This document shows positions 10,896 through 25,621 of a DNA stretch of 64,000 bases, one piece after another. This DNA is from Eledone cirrhosa. Its lineage: Eukaryota. How positions within the stretch are numbered: the stretch's first letter is position 1; each line of letters begins with the position of its first letter. The position numbers and the translations under genes are program-made. The DNA lies in contig OZ024747.1 in the NCBI GenBank assembly GCA_964016885.1, forward strand, positions 1,922,001 through 1,986,000. Reading direction: 5' to 3'. The notes under the pieces were generated by a model. The model saw only the letters and a list, made by a program, of their open reading frames with translations. It did no database searches and had not been told where the DNA came from.

Positions 10896-12925
10896 TAATA
10901 ACAAGTGGCAAGTAAGAGATTATCTTTTTTTTTCTTTCATGCTTGACTTGCCTGGACAAAGTTTGTAGTATTTGAATTTTCTTACATCCACTCCCTCCCT
11001 CCCCTCTCTCATTACTAGACCATCCACTCCCACTTTACCCCTCTCTCCTTTATCTGTTTATATATTTCAAGGCTAAACTACAATGCTGAGTGATTTAAAA
11101 GAGTGACAGAATAGAAGAAGCCACCTTAGTCCTCCCCTTCCTTTACCTTGTCCCCTGCCCTGTTAACACTAGGACACTGCAGCTATCTTAAAGCTGAATG
11201 TTTAGTTGTGGTAATACACCTGCTATTCCTTCTTTTTTATTCTCTCCTTCCACAGGAACCCAAGGAGGGAATAAGATAGCTTCAACTGTTAGAAATAGCA
11301 TCTAACACATTCTTACTAGTTTAAATAATTGCTGTAATCCCATTTATAATGTACCCCTTGGTATGCTCATGGCTGGATTGGCATTGATCACAGGTCTGCT
11401 TGATTAGAGTTGATCTGAGTTTAAACAACATCAGCTACCTTTTTACCTCCACCCCCCCATCCCGGTGACACAGCCACATTATCCAATTATTTTCTGTTGG
11501 AATCACAACCATCTGTAACTTCAGCTTTCCCCGCCATCAAGCTGTGAGAACTGTTTACAGTTTTCAACATTAATTCCATTACCCAGCCAAACGGTGGACA
11601 TCTGAAAATAAGATTGTCTTTTCTTAAGCTAAACATAAATAAATAATTAAAAAGAACAAAACAAATTAATAAAAAATATTAATTAGTTTATGTTTCTCAG
11701 TATTCTAAGTTTAAATCCTACTGAAGCTGACCTAATCTTTCTTTCAGTCTGTTAAATAGCTATAAGTGTTGCTAATATTTTAGTTATTAATTCAACTAGT
11801 TATAACATTGCCCTACAAAATATATTTGTCACCTACATGGTTGTGTGGTTACAGAGTTTGATTTGCAACCTCATGGTTCTGATTTCACTCCCACTGTGAG
11901 CATGTCTTTTACTATAGCCTTAGCTTGACTATTGTGTTATGAGCAGAATCCCAGCATATAATGTGTGTATGTGTGTGTGTGTGCATGTGTGTACGTGTGT
12001 ATCTCTCTATGTTTACATCCCATGATATCCCAGCTCAATAAAAAGAGTGCTCAACAAAATAAGTAGTGGGTTGGATGGTTTATTATTTTGATAAAGGTAA
12101 CACTGGAGAATGTAGTCCTAACAACAATGTTTCTGATTGTAGCCTTCTTCTCCTTCTAGCTCAGCTTGATCAAATTTGATCAGTGACTGAACTCCATCAA
12201 CAACTTTCTTTTAACTCTCGATACCAACCCTCCTGAAACTGCTCCTCATTCTTTGATACTGCTTATATTTAAGTTTTTATATCTGCCTAAAATCTTTCAT
12301 AATTTTACATAAGAAATTTTAAGTTATACTTGAAAAAATCAGCTTAATGATATATAGTTAGTTATATTACTAAATCCCAAATTCTTTATTATTTTCAAAC
12401 CTATTTGAAATCCTAGTCAGTGTCCATCATCATAAATATGGTTAAAGTATGATACAGTGAAATAATTATTACAAAAATCCTGATTCAAAATAAATAAATA
12501 GAAAGAAAGAACATGATGTAGTATTAAAGTAATCACTAGAACCATTTTGAAAAAAACACCATTCACTTGGTGTGTTCAACCACAAGAAACATTTTCTTAA
12601 AAAAAAGCAGAATTCTTTTAATGTTCAATTAAGCACTGAGCCATTAGAAACAATTCATTTAGTATTCAACTAAGCACTAGAACCATTAAAATAAAATACT
12701 AAAGACAGTTTACTTGTGTTTAAATAACCAAGAGAGTTTTAAATAACTTCATATTATATACACCAGCCCATCTTGAACACCTCACCTTTAATAAAGTTTA
12801 TATTTTAATTAGAAATACTACATGTTCAAAATTTTATTATTCATAAAGCTGTTATACATATTTCAATGGCAATCATGGCTATGGGATACTTCTATCATGT
12901 AACCAGTAACACTATATCATCAGAC

Positions 12926-13955
12926 ATCATCATCATCATCATCATCAGGTTTAGCGTCCGTGTTCCACGCTTGCATGGGTTTGGATGAGGGTTTTCCCAC
13001 TTGAGGCAAGAGTGGTTGTCTTGCTCGCATAGGACTGTCTGGCGGGTTTTCTACAGTTGGATGCCCTTCCTAACACCAACCATATTTACAGTGTGGGGCT
13101 GGGAGGTTTTTACCGTGTTGCCTACACGGCCACATTACAGCGTGGACTGTCTGGCGGGTTTTCTACAGCTGGATGCCCTTCCTAACACCAACCACATTTA
13201 CAGTGTGGGGCTGGGAGGTTTTTACCGTGTTGCCTACACGGCCACATTTACAGCGTGGACTGTGTGTTTTTTTGTCGTGACACCTACACGATCTCATTTG
13301 TTTCGGCCTGGATGTTGTGGGACCAACATAACTTTACATTGAAAGGGGCGGTGTGGATGGGGTGGAGGTGGTGGGACGGGGTGGGGGTGGGGGTGGGGGG
13401 GGGGGGGTGGGGTGTTTTGATAGAGATGCCTACTGACTGTAGTAGGTTTTTACTTTGTATTTAGGTAAGGCGGGTCTTCTCTATTACTGAGTACCGCCAA
13501 AGGTCTCGGTCCAGTGACATTGTCTTGGAGAGGTGTAAGCGTGTGAGGTCGGAATTTATCAGCTCGTCCCATGTTTTTCTGGGTCTGCCTACTCCGTGGC
13601 TACCGTCTATCTTTATTGCCCTGCACTTTGTTATACAGCTGTCGTCTTTCATGCGCATCACGTGACCGTACCAACGTAGCCTTCTCTCGAGTAAACAACA
13701 TCTGATCCCTCTTATTTCTAATTTTTTCCTTAGTTCGTTTATGCTTTGCCGTTCACGTATATTACTATTGCACATCCAGCGGAGCATGCAAGCTTCGTTC
13801 CTCTCTAGTCTGCGTATATCCTCTGCACACAATGCCCAGGTCTCACTGCCATGCAGCATTGCTGTTCATATGCAGGCATCGTATAACCTGCCTTTCATTT
13901 TTAGGGAGAACCCTCTAGCGGCTAATAGTGGTATAAGCTCTCTGAACTTTTTTTT
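12926..13955 (-). mobile_element. Truncated RTE LINE, second subfamily
   Basis: ORF 13461..13859 (HGSETWAL..RRLRWYGHVMR..GRPRKTW), a distinct 3' UTR with an internal duplication of about 111 bp, and a (CAT)n tail. Confidence 0.9.
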
Positions 13956-14193
13956 TAACTTATGTAATAAGGTTATGTTTCCACTGCAATACAAGCTAAA
14001 AATAAGGGAATGGATCTTAATAGTGAAATCAGTATATTGGTCCATTCCCTTGTCTTTGGCTCTTTGAAATTATATTTACATATTGTAATTCAACCAGTTC
14101 TTCAAAATTCTTGGTGTCATTTTATGTGAAATAATTTGAGAAATTACAGGAGATTTATGGGAAAAAGAAAATGTATTAGATATATAGAGAGGT

Positions 14194-14400
14194 ATCATCA
14201 TCATCATCATCATCATCAGGTTTAGAGTCCGTGTTCCACGCTTGCATGGGTTTGGACGGGGGTTTTCCCACTTGAGGCAAGAGTGGTTGTCTTGCTCGCA
14301 TAGGACTGTCTGGCGGGTTTTCTACAGTTGGATGCCCTTCCTAACACCAACCACATTTACAGTGTGGGGCTGGGAGGTTTTTACCGTGTTGCCTACACGG
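14194..14400 (-). mobile_element. RTE subfamily-2 3' end
   Basis: Near-identical to 12926-13130. Confidence 0.85.
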
Positions 14401-15073
14401 CTATATAAATATATATACACACACATACATTTATATATATATATATATAGACAGATACATAGATAGCTTTATATATATAGATAGATCATAAATAGATAGA
14501 TAAAAAATAGATACATACATAGATAAATAAATATGTATATATATATATGATAGATAGATATGTTTCTTTATTAGCCACAGATAGATAGATAGGTTCATAG
14601 ACTGATAGATGGCTAGATAAATAGATAGATGGAAAGATGGATAGATAGCCATTTGGATGGTCGACAGACAGTGTTCATTGAAAGAGATATTGAAGACAGG
14701 GAATTAGTACCAGATGTGAGGAAAAGAAAGCAAGATTAATACTAAATGTGACAGTTGGTTGTGTAAAAGGAATACATGAAAGGCTAAATTACCATGTGAG
14801 GTTTTCAGGCAGAATAGAGACTCATCAAGTAGTGTGTATGCGTTTGTATGTATGTGTTTGTATGTGTGTGTGTGACACATATAAGGGACAGTAACAAAGA
14901 ATATAGGTACATATATATGAAATTCAGAAAAGCAAACAAGCCTCAATTTTATAGCCATGTCAGTAGAATGAACACTTCATTCTTGCTCTTGTTTTGTCAT
15001 GCGAATCAAATGTTATTAATATTCGAAAAACTCAGATTACATTTATTGTATTCAGCCATGTAGAGCGAAATTT

Positions 15074-15127
<54 letters not shown>

Positions 15128-15869
15128 CCATCATCATTGCTGTCGCCACCATTTGTTGTTATGTTATGAGACAATTCAGGTCTGGTGACCCATGACTTGC
15201 TCATACAGATCTGCATTTTGGTTTGGTTTCTATGACTGAATGACCTTCTTAATGTCAGTCACAATACAGAGTGAACTGAGTGCTTGACACAATCACCTTA
15301 CATGGTGGTTTGGGTCCTTTTTATCCTGTCACCAACATGATAACCTTACTGGGTGGACATTGTAGATTAAGTGGGATATAGACCTCCTTGGCCTGACTGG
15401 AAGGTCAGTGGCCTTGTTTCAGTATGGAATTGGTCTATGTAGATCCGTTCAACCCTTAGCAGGGAAAGTGTTTTATTTCTATTTTTGGTTAATTATTATT
15501 TAAATTAATTTTCTTATGGAGTCTTTAGTGTTTGCTTAAAACAGTAAAGTTCCCAAATTCATCAATGATGTTTTCAGACCTTCACAGTGTTATGTATTGC
15601 TGCTTTCTTATAGTATACAGGACCGATGGGATTTGTGTTGACATTATCGCTGGAATTTGAATTTTCAGCTGTTAGCTAAGAGAGTGCAAGCCCTATATTT
15701 ACTAAAATATTAGTAAACAACACATATATCTTGTACAGAATTCTTTACCAACATAGACAAATAACCATGGAAGTAATATTGAGAGCACAGCACAATGTTG
15801 TAATATATATAGAGACAGCATAGACTAATCCAACACTCTCTGTTGATAAATATATATATATATATATAG

Positions 15870-16062
15870 GCGCCATGGTAAAAAAGCACCCAGTACTCAT
15901 TGTAAATGAGGTTGGTGTTAGAAAGGACATCCAGCTGTAGAAATCAAGTCACAATCAGTTCCCGTATGAGCAAGACAAGGTCACCCGACTGGGCACTGCC
16001 CACAACAGGACAATCAGTCTAACCTATGCTAGCGTGGAAGAATGGACGTAAAATGGTGATGA

Positions 16063-16065
<3 letters not shown>
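15870..16065 (+). mobile_element. RTE LINE 3' end in a TA tract
   Basis: Reverse complement of the 5480-5680 3' UTR, flanked by (TA)n on both sides. Confidence 0.8.
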
Positions 16066-16103
<38 letters not shown>

Positions 16104-17984
16104 GCTGACAGTAAACTATTTGAAGACATTGATTACATTGACATGACACTGCCTAGTTACTATAAAGTAGTAACACACCGTAACAACATTAGTTGTTCCA
16201 GAAGTAGTGGAAGAATCATCACATAAATATACTCAATACACCACCACCGATCACACATACTCCAATACACCAGAACACATATACCAACACACATATACTA
16301 ATAAAGAAGCACATACATCAACATAGAAACACATACACCAGAACACAGTCATTCACCAACACACCAACACATACATACACCAACACACACATACACCGAC
16401 ACAAATATACACCAACATACACATACATCGACATAGAAACACATACACCAGAACACACACACCTGTATATTAAAAATGGAAAGGAATTCATGGACAAGAT
16501 CCCAGACCTCATTAGCTTACCGAATGGATTGGAACTTGTCAAATGGGACCAAGGAAACAACATATCCATTGGTCTTTCCATTGCTGATACTATCTACTAG
16601 TCACAACTTCTGGTAGAAAGAGCAACATGAAATAAAGTGTCTTGCTCAAGGACATAACACATCACCTGGTCCAGGAATTGAACTTATAAACTTCATAATT
16701 GTAAATCTAACTCTCTACCCACTCAGTCCTGTGCTTTTAAAAAAGTCAAATTTGGAATGTTTTAACAATTCTAATGGAAAGTGTTTGTGGTGTGATGTAA
16801 GCATCAAAACTTTGAGTAGCAGAAATGAACTCACAAGGGATGTTGAGTGGCTAGAATTTCATGACATAATTTTGATAAGAGATATCACTTCTAAAGTTTG
16901 GGAGAATACAGCCATTTTCTTTCTGATTCTAAATAACAAAATTTACTAGAAAATGTAGGCATTATTGTCAAGGAATGAAAAAAAAAACAAGGAAATGAAT
17001 CTTTGTAACATATGTGTGTGTGTGAGAGTGTCTATGTGTGTGTGAGTGTGTGTGTGTTGTCTGTGAAACTCGGTAGCGAGACAACCAGATACATAGTTAT
17101 GATTTATTTCTAACTTCACTTCTAGTAATGGTATTTTAGCCCTGAGTAAAGCAACATAGCTTGCTTTCTCTTGCTTGCCTGGAATAAGAGCCTGATCCAC
17201 TCCTACACCAGTGGATCAGGCTCTTATTCCAAGTTAGTAGAAGAAAGGGCATCTAGCTATAAAGTTAATCACTTTAACTAAACATTATTCCATCCATTCT
17301 AGCATCAATAAATTGGGGCAAAATATTTATGTGAATGAATGTCTAGTTTTGATTAGTTTTGTTGTTTATGGTTGTATACAGTAAACAAGTTGCCTCGAAA
17401 AATAAATTCACACACTGCATTTTTCAATTATATGAAGCAACAACTCAGCCTGAAATTTTGTTCAGAATCTGCAATCAGCACACATACACATGTCCCTAGC
17501 AGCTTTCATGATGTGTGTCTCCTTTGTTGTAATTCCTATTAATATCCTTGATACTTTGCCTTTCAATTCACTAATTTTTGAGGTTGCAGTGGGTGTCCCT
17601 GGCTATTGACCACGGGGCACAGCTGAAACATTACCCCATCCTAGGCATAGAGCCTGTCACCCTCGCCCCTTCTCCCTCTATTTCTTCCATGGCCTAATAG
17701 TCCTTGCACTTTCCATATTTTTCCTCTCATGGCATATATAGTCCTTTCCTCTACAGCCCTTCTTTACCCCTTCCCCCTTTTTCCTTATGTAATTTTGATT
17801 TTCTTTTTTTGTTATATTTTCATCATTGTATAACTTCTGTTTGTAAAATATAAAAAAGATGAACACTCTACTGACTGTAAATGGAATAAAAAAAAAAGAA
17901 TATAATTCTCTGATTCTGGTGAAAGTTACATATTCAGGGCATGTACACAGACACACACATACATACACACAAACAACAAACACA

Positions 17985-18342
17985 ATCATTTTTACATCCA
18001 TTTTCCCATGTTTGGATGGGTCCTTTACAGCACAGCATCTCTTCACTTGCTGCATTTCTCACAACCTCTGCCTAGGTCTTTCTTGGTCTACCTCTGTTAC
18101 AGCTTCCATCTCCTGGCATTTCCTGGCACTTCTTTATCCATTGGTCATCACATGTCCATACCAATGCAGTCTTCTCTCTTGCACACTACCTCGGATTTTT
18201 CTTAAACTCAGCATCTCCCTCAGTTCATCTAAGCTCTATCTTTCTCTCTTATTTACGTTACACATCCAATGAAGCATGGTTGTTTCATTTCTCTCCAGTC
18301 CATGCATATCATCTGCAGTCACTGCCCATGTATCACTACCAT
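17985..18342 (-). mobile_element. Older, diverged RTE C-terminal fragment
   Basis: catcacatgtccataccaatgcagtcttctctcttgcac corresponds to the QERRLxWYGHVM block on the minus strand. Confidence 0.7.
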
Positions 18343-18390
18343 ATATATAAAATACCAGTCATGTACTATATGTGATTTACTTGACTAAAC

Positions 18391-18526
18391 CAGTGATTCC
18401 CTGCAGATCTGCAACAGTATTGGGTGTCCATGGTCTTATTGAATAACCAGATCTTTCAAAATCCTAAAATCTAGTAAAATCTATTTAAATAAATGTTGTT
18501 GGTAGTTGAAAAGCTGGAAACCCCTG
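18391..18526. mobile_element. hAT (Charlie-like) MITE
   Basis: Degenerate TIRs CAGTGATTCC...GGAAACCCCTG with 8-bp flanks gactaaac and gactatat. Confidence 0.55.
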
Positions 18527-19489
18527 GACTATATATACTCTCCTCCTTCACTGGTAGAAATCAGTAGCAATATATTTAGTGATAGCAGAATCTCTATGTG
18601 TGTGTAAAGATGAAAAAAGTTATCCACAAGGTGGTAGAGAGTTCATGTGATGATTTATCATGAGGATGAATTCTTGCATAATACCTGTCAACACTTGTAG
18701 CTTGTGATAAGATCCAGGCTTGTAAGCTAGTGGTACAGTTGTACAAGAAACAATTTAGAACTAACATTTGAAATATATGTGTTCAGTCATTTAATTACAT
18801 TCACAAAATGCACACAACACACTCACATAAAAATCTATACTTAACACTTTATTTTTATTTTGTAAATATATACTTGTTTATTTTCTCAACCAATGTTGAT
18901 AACTTTAGCTCTACCCAGAATTTACTACAAAGAAACAATAACTTCATTTTGGAGGCTTGGTGTGCTTTCTTACCTATTTACATACATATATATTTATGTA
19001 TGTATAATGTATATATATATATATATATGTATGGTGTATGTATATATATATGTGTATGGTGTGTATATATATATGAAAAGATTCAGCCATCAGGGTCCTG
19101 TATCTTTTCATATTACCCACTCTACTACCCCAAGTATCGAGTACACTGGTGCATTATGGTCTAACTGGTTTTTACCACACCCTATCTGATATATATATAT
19201 ATGTGTGTGTGTGTGTGGTGGGGTGCATGCATTTCTATGATTCTTTATCCCTATTTACTAGGGGACATAGATTGTATCATGTGACTCATAATGTCGGGGA
19301 CAATGAAAAGTAATCCAGAGATAAATGTATGGAAAATATAAAGTTCAACAAGGAAAGAAGGATGAGCATCAGAATGAAATGACTTAGTGGTCTGTTGTAT
19401 AGGGTTTATGGCTTAGTTGTTATATTTGTGTGGTGTGTATACACTACACATACACACATACATTCAACACCACACCATCATAAAGAGCA

Positions 19490-19630
19490 CATGCACAGGT
19501 GTGAGCCCTGTCAGCTGGAATGGCTCTTACAATCCATGTTCCTCACCATCCTCCAGGGAAATACGGTCTCTATTCTGTCTGCTGGGGCCACAGGGTGGTC
19601 AGTGTGTGGGCCTCCATTTGCTTATAATTG
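19490..19630 (+). mobile_element. CRE-like 3' end fragment
   Basis: Reads HRCEPCQLEWLLQSMFLTILQGNTVSILSAG; homologous to 983-1113. Confidence 0.6.
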
Positions 19631-19999
19631 TGAGAGAGCAGGAGAGATGGAGACAGTGGGAGTTTGATTCTATTGTGTTCGCACCTGATGTATATGTAAA
19701 TGTTTATTTACCTCTCCACATTATCCTTTAATATTATTCCGTGTTTTGAGAAGAAATTTCGACAGAAAATTCACATATATTCAAACTGCTCACAGGAAAT
19801 ATACCTTTTATTAAAAATACTTTTCAATATTTGATAAGATTGATATACTAATGAAAACCAGTAATATTTGACAAAGTTTAAATCCATTTAATGTAACAAT
19901 TATAAAATTATTCATTCTGTCAGATTAAAGAAAAATAATCTTTAAATATACTTCTGTGCTTTTTCACTTTCATTTTTTACCTATATATATATATATATA

Positions 20000-20548
20000 T
20001 ATACTAGACATGAAAAATGCACAAGCTCAAAAGAGCCACAGAATGTTATAATAAACCTTCAAAAGTGTGGGACTAGAGTTGTTAAAATATTGTAATCATT
20101 ATCTATCGTACATTCTGTGGCATCCTTTATAAAAATATCACAATAAATACATCTATGTTTAATAATTGTTTCTACTTTTGGCACAAGGCCAGCAATTACC
20201 CAGTACATTACTGGTACTTTATTTTATCGACCCCGTAAGGATGAAAGGCAAAGTTAACCTTGGTGGGATTTGAACTCAGAATGGCAAGGGTCGTAACTCT
20301 ATGAGTCAAAGCATGGCGTTCGACCCTCTACCGATACTGCGAACCTACTGCCCTAAACATCTATGTTTAATAATATTACGTAATTATTTATAGCATGTAT
20401 TTGTGATATTTTTATAAAGGATGCCACAGAAAGTACGATAGATAATGATTACAATTTTTTGAGTAACAACTCCCGTCCCACACTTTTGAAGGTTTATTAT
20501 AACATTCTGTGGCTCTTTTGAGCTTGTGCATTTTTCATGTCTAGTATA
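20000..20548. repeat. Fold-back element with inverted arms of about 145 bp
   Basis: 20000-20143 is the near-exact reverse complement of 20401-20548. Confidence 0.85.
20164..20354 (-). mobile_element. Full-length tRNA-derived SINE (family A) with target-site duplication
   Basis: A-box-like and B-box (gagttcaaatcc) head and family-A core. The direct repeat acatctatgtttaataat lies at 20149-20166 and 20357-20374. Confidence 0.85.
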
Positions 20549-21092
20549 ATATTTTTTTAAGGCAACGCTTGTAATAACTCTAGTTAAACATGATATATAT
20601 TAATAATAAATTATCGTTGTAATGTAATTAGATTATATAATTGTTATTTTATAAATGATCTTATAAATATTAGTGTAAGATGTATAAAAATATTTTCAGA
20701 CTTTTAATATAAACAACAACAAAAAACAATCAATATTAAATCAATATATTATACATAATAGAAAACATAAAATAAATAAACAATATAAAAATAAAATATT
20801 TACATACAATTGCAATTATCAGTCTCTATAAATTTTCTTTATTCCCTGAGCAAATTAATGTGGTTTGTTCTTATTGCACATAATTTGATGACTTTTTGGA
20901 GTGTATTAAAAGATAACAACAATTTGTGATTAAATTGTTATCTTAAGCAACTCTCTTTCTAATAGTTGTTGGCTGAGCGAAATTGGAAAAGCCTATGAGC
21001 AAATACACAAACTACATTTCCCTGTATTGTTGCAACATTAGATAAAATAATTGAGCAATGTTGTGAGATTTTGCTCTTATTGCACATTAATA

Positions 21093-21260
21093 GTGTTTCT
21101 ATTTTTTGGCACAAAGCCATTACTGCAGTCCATTACTGGTACTTTATTTTATCGAACTGGTAAGGATGAAAGGCAAAGTTAATCTCGGCGGGATTTGAAC
21201 TTAGAACGCCAAGGGCCATAACAATGCTGCAAAGCATGGTGTCTGACGCTCTACCAATAC
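21093..21260 (-). mobile_element. SINE family A
   Basis: Family-A core plus B-box. Confidence 0.75.
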
Positions 21261-22813
21261 TTGTGTTGAGCTGGTCACCAATTTGTGGTGGTCGTGCGTG
21301 GAGTAGAACAACAAGCGCTAGTCGAAATAGTATGAACAAAACATTTTTATTTGTCAAAGAACATATTTTCAATACTGTTTGTGAATGGGCATCTACTTAT
21401 AGTGACAGTGTATTACTGGTACTTTATTTTATCGACCCCGTAAGGATGAAAGGCAAAGTTAATACTGACAATAATGCAAATGTGTAATAGTGAAAATTTG
21501 CGCCTTTTCAATAATTTATCGTCTGCTCACGTTGCATGAAAGGGAAATAACTCGTCTCTCAACTGGATTTATACATTTTAACTGAAACATCAATATTACA
21601 CATTCGATTTGAAATTTTTTTTTGACCGATCTCTCCGCTGGAGCTTAATCTATAAGTTTAGATGTGTGGCGACCGTTTTAGTAGAGAGACAGACAACCTC
21701 AGTTATATATATATATATATACATATCAAAGACTTTTAAACGCGTGACACAAATTTTTACAATGTTTTTAGAAAAATTATTTTTACAAATATTTACAAAG
21801 TGCAGTTTGTATTACAATCGGAACTCTGCCTATATTCGATTGCAATATATAAAGAGGAACAAGATACAAAGATATATTTCTTTATTTGGCACAAGGGCGC
21901 ACAAAAAATGGGACATTACAGAACATGAATATACACTATTTTGAAGTGTTTAAACATTTTTTACAAATAAAAATTTAGAATCGTTTTGTACAAACGATAA
22001 ATTAAAAAATATTTGTACAAACTTTTACGATAGACTTTCATCTTATCTATTGACCGCCTAACCCTAACGTATTACATTTGTTTTAAAAATAGTTAATATA
22101 AATTTAAAAAAATCATATAACGACGAAATAACAAAAATAAATGAACTAGGAAAACAAACAAAAAAAACATGGCGGATGCTTTTGAGCAACACTTACTCTG
22201 GTTGAAAATTAGCCAATGGCATGTAATCACAACGCCCACGGCCAGACCATGAAAAAAAATTGACGATCTACACATATATGTTAGAACACTAAAGTGACTT
22301 AAACATTCTGTTGTTAGTCACTTCGTGTCTAACAGATATCGTTTTTTACAAAATAATATTAAAAAAAAATTAATGCATGTATATTTATATATGTATGTAT
22401 ATATGTGTGTGTGATAGTTGTGAGGTGGTGGGGTTGGGTATATATATGTACATAGTTGTGAGGTGGTGGGGTTGGGTATATATATGTACATAGTTGTGTC
22501 ATATATGTGTATCCTAGGTGCAACAGCATGTCTAGTAATATTACTGAAAAAATACTGAAATGAAAAATACATGAGACAGGAATAAGAGAAGGGAAACATT
22601 TCCACAGGAAATTGAAATCAAGGATCTTGATTTCACAGAAGCCTGTTGCCACACATACACACACACACAGTCGTACACACACACAGAGTCGTACACACAC
22701 ACACAGAGTCGTACACACACCCACACACACACACATATAGTTGCATACTTGTACTTCAGCAAACATGTTTTCACAAGTAAATTACAAACACACATAACAT
22801 GCAAAAACATAAA

Positions 22814-22880
<67 letters not shown>

Positions 22881-22929
22881 GTCCAACCCTTGCAAGCAGT
22901 GAAAATGGATAATAAATGTTGTTTATGTA

Positions 22930-22973
<44 letters not shown>

Positions 22974-25260
22974 GTGCATAAATAGGGAACAGCTTTTCTT
23001 TCAAACATGCTATATTAAATACTTGACTGTTGTTGTTGTTATATCTTTATTTCTTTAATAATTATGTTTTAAATATTTCCTCAGTCTTCTATGTTTAGCT
23101 TTGATCAGTAACATTTTGAGATCTTCTCGGTCTCATCTTCAGATGGAAGTGATGATAGTTGGGCTTCATATTTACAGTGAAGCTCGTATATTACATTATG
23201 TGTCTGAAGTATTTACTACAGTTAACAGATTTATGATTTCATGTTAATCCTAAGTTCTTTCATTCTGGTGTTATTTCAGTCCATACTAAGTGTTAATGTT
23301 TGGTTATTGTGATGATGATGTTATCAGTTACAGCATCATTCCCATCATGCTTTGCTACTTACAACAAACATGGAAAAGAGTAACACTTCATTCTGAAAAT
23401 GAATCCAAGTTTGTGAGTTGTCTAAGGAGTTGGAAACAATGTTTTTTCCACACAAAACGAAAATATGAAACATCCTTAATTGAATTAAAATTGCCATAAA
23501 TATATGTATATATGCGTGTGTGTGTGTACTTATATATATATATGTATACACACACACATCATCACCATTTAACACTGTTTTCCCTGCTGTTAAGGGTTGG
23601 ATGGGTTGTCAGGGATTGAGTCAGTACTCAAGCAGAGCTACTGACCTCTCAGATGGGCTGGGGCCCAGCATCTTGTTTACATATGTTCCTGCACTACACT
23701 ATGTGTTGACTTCTGACTGTAGGTTAGTATTTTGCTAATAACAACCCACCTGAAACAACCCCCAATTCTGTCATATGTTTATTTAAAGTCATATGTTTAT
23801 TTAAAGTGTTTATAATTATCTAAAAATCAAAATTTATGTAAGAACCTCTATTCAGTTATGTTCGAAAAACCAGTTTACTAATGAAAATGTTCATGTTACT
23901 AAATCCTTCAAAATTCTTGATTATTTTCAAAATTATTTGAAAATCATAACACTAGAATTATTAAACGAAAGAGTTAATCTTGTCTGTGCAATTCTTATAG
24001 AATGGTAATGCCAGCAAAGTTTTTCTATTTAGTTTTGCTATAATAGGTTCTTGTTATAAATGCATAGTCAACCAGCAACAACAAGTATCCTACTTGTGTA
24101 TTCCCCATGATCATGCAATGAAGTTTACAACTTTCATGTTTACTTTGACATTTATATATGACATAGGTTGTCTGAAATATATTCTGGGGTTTCTAGGTTT
24201 GTGGTTTCATGTTGATGAGGAGGTCTTTCTGTTTTTATTCTGCTGTTTTTCTCAATATATTCTAACAATGAATTTGTGGTTAGGAGAAAGACATGTCATG
24301 ACCTATTTCACAGTTTTGTATGTTTTAAAGGACATGTTCAACTATTAGTAACTAGAGTATTCTTCCTTCATGTAGTAAACTATATGTTAAGTTTGTGTGT
24401 TGTTAAAGACTTATGTCTGTTCCATCTGTATGGGTATATCTGTTCTATTTATTGGTTTACTAAACCTTTCTAGTACACTTCTTTTTATGGTCTTCTTAGT
24501 TATAGCAGACATGCACACACAGAAACACATCTATATCTCTATGTACACTCAGTACATTGTATAAAGTGGTAGTGCTAATGTCAATAAAAAGGAACCCTGT
24601 ATACACTACTGCAAAGAAGTTGACATGAGGAAGGGTATCTAGCCATAGATGGCATGCCAAATATAGAATACATGAGGAGGATGAAACCTCTTCTACCTGT
24701 TTAGTTTGTGGTTGGCAACCTGTCTAAACAGATGTAAATGATGATGATGATATATATATTTATACTCTTCTTTGGCCACTTATTCTTGAGAGGGTTGTGG
24801 GGGCAGAATCCTGTCAGAAGCAACCATCTCCAACTGATCAGACCAGCCAAGCTCGTGGATGTTATTCAATCATCAAGCTACATCTGGGTCTCTTGCCAAT
24901 TGGTTTTGCCTGTAAAATCTGTTTATATTTATACTCATATAACCCATATATATATAACATTACTTTGCCTTTCATCCATACGGGGTCCATAAAATAAAGT
25001 ACCAGTATTGTACCAAAAGTAGAAACAATTATATATATGCATAAATACATACATATATAAGTATGCTGTCTTTCTCACTGATTAACATTTAAGTGTCCAC
25101 TCTAATTGCTTAGCTTTGATATTTTAATAATCGGACTTAAATTATTGAGTGAGTGAGAAAATGACCAATGGTGTGTCCATTCTATTTGAAAAGCTTCCTT
25201 CCATATATATATATATACACATACACATATATACATACATATATATACACAATCATACAT

Positions 25261-25373
<113 letters not shown>

Positions 25374-25424
25374 TATACACACACAATCATACATATACAT
25401 ACATATATATACTCATACACATAC

Positions 25425-25464
<40 letters not shown>

Positions 25465-25569
25465 ACACATACATATATATATATATACACACACATACAT
25501 ATACATGTATACATATATACATATGTAAATAGATAAATAGACTGATATAGCTATTGGTATAGGTATGAA

Positions 25570-25621
<52 letters not shown>

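Noticed and set aside
10243-10968. 241-aa Thr/Ile/Ser mucin-like ORF
   Set aside because: Trinucleotide low-complexity sequence open in several frames.
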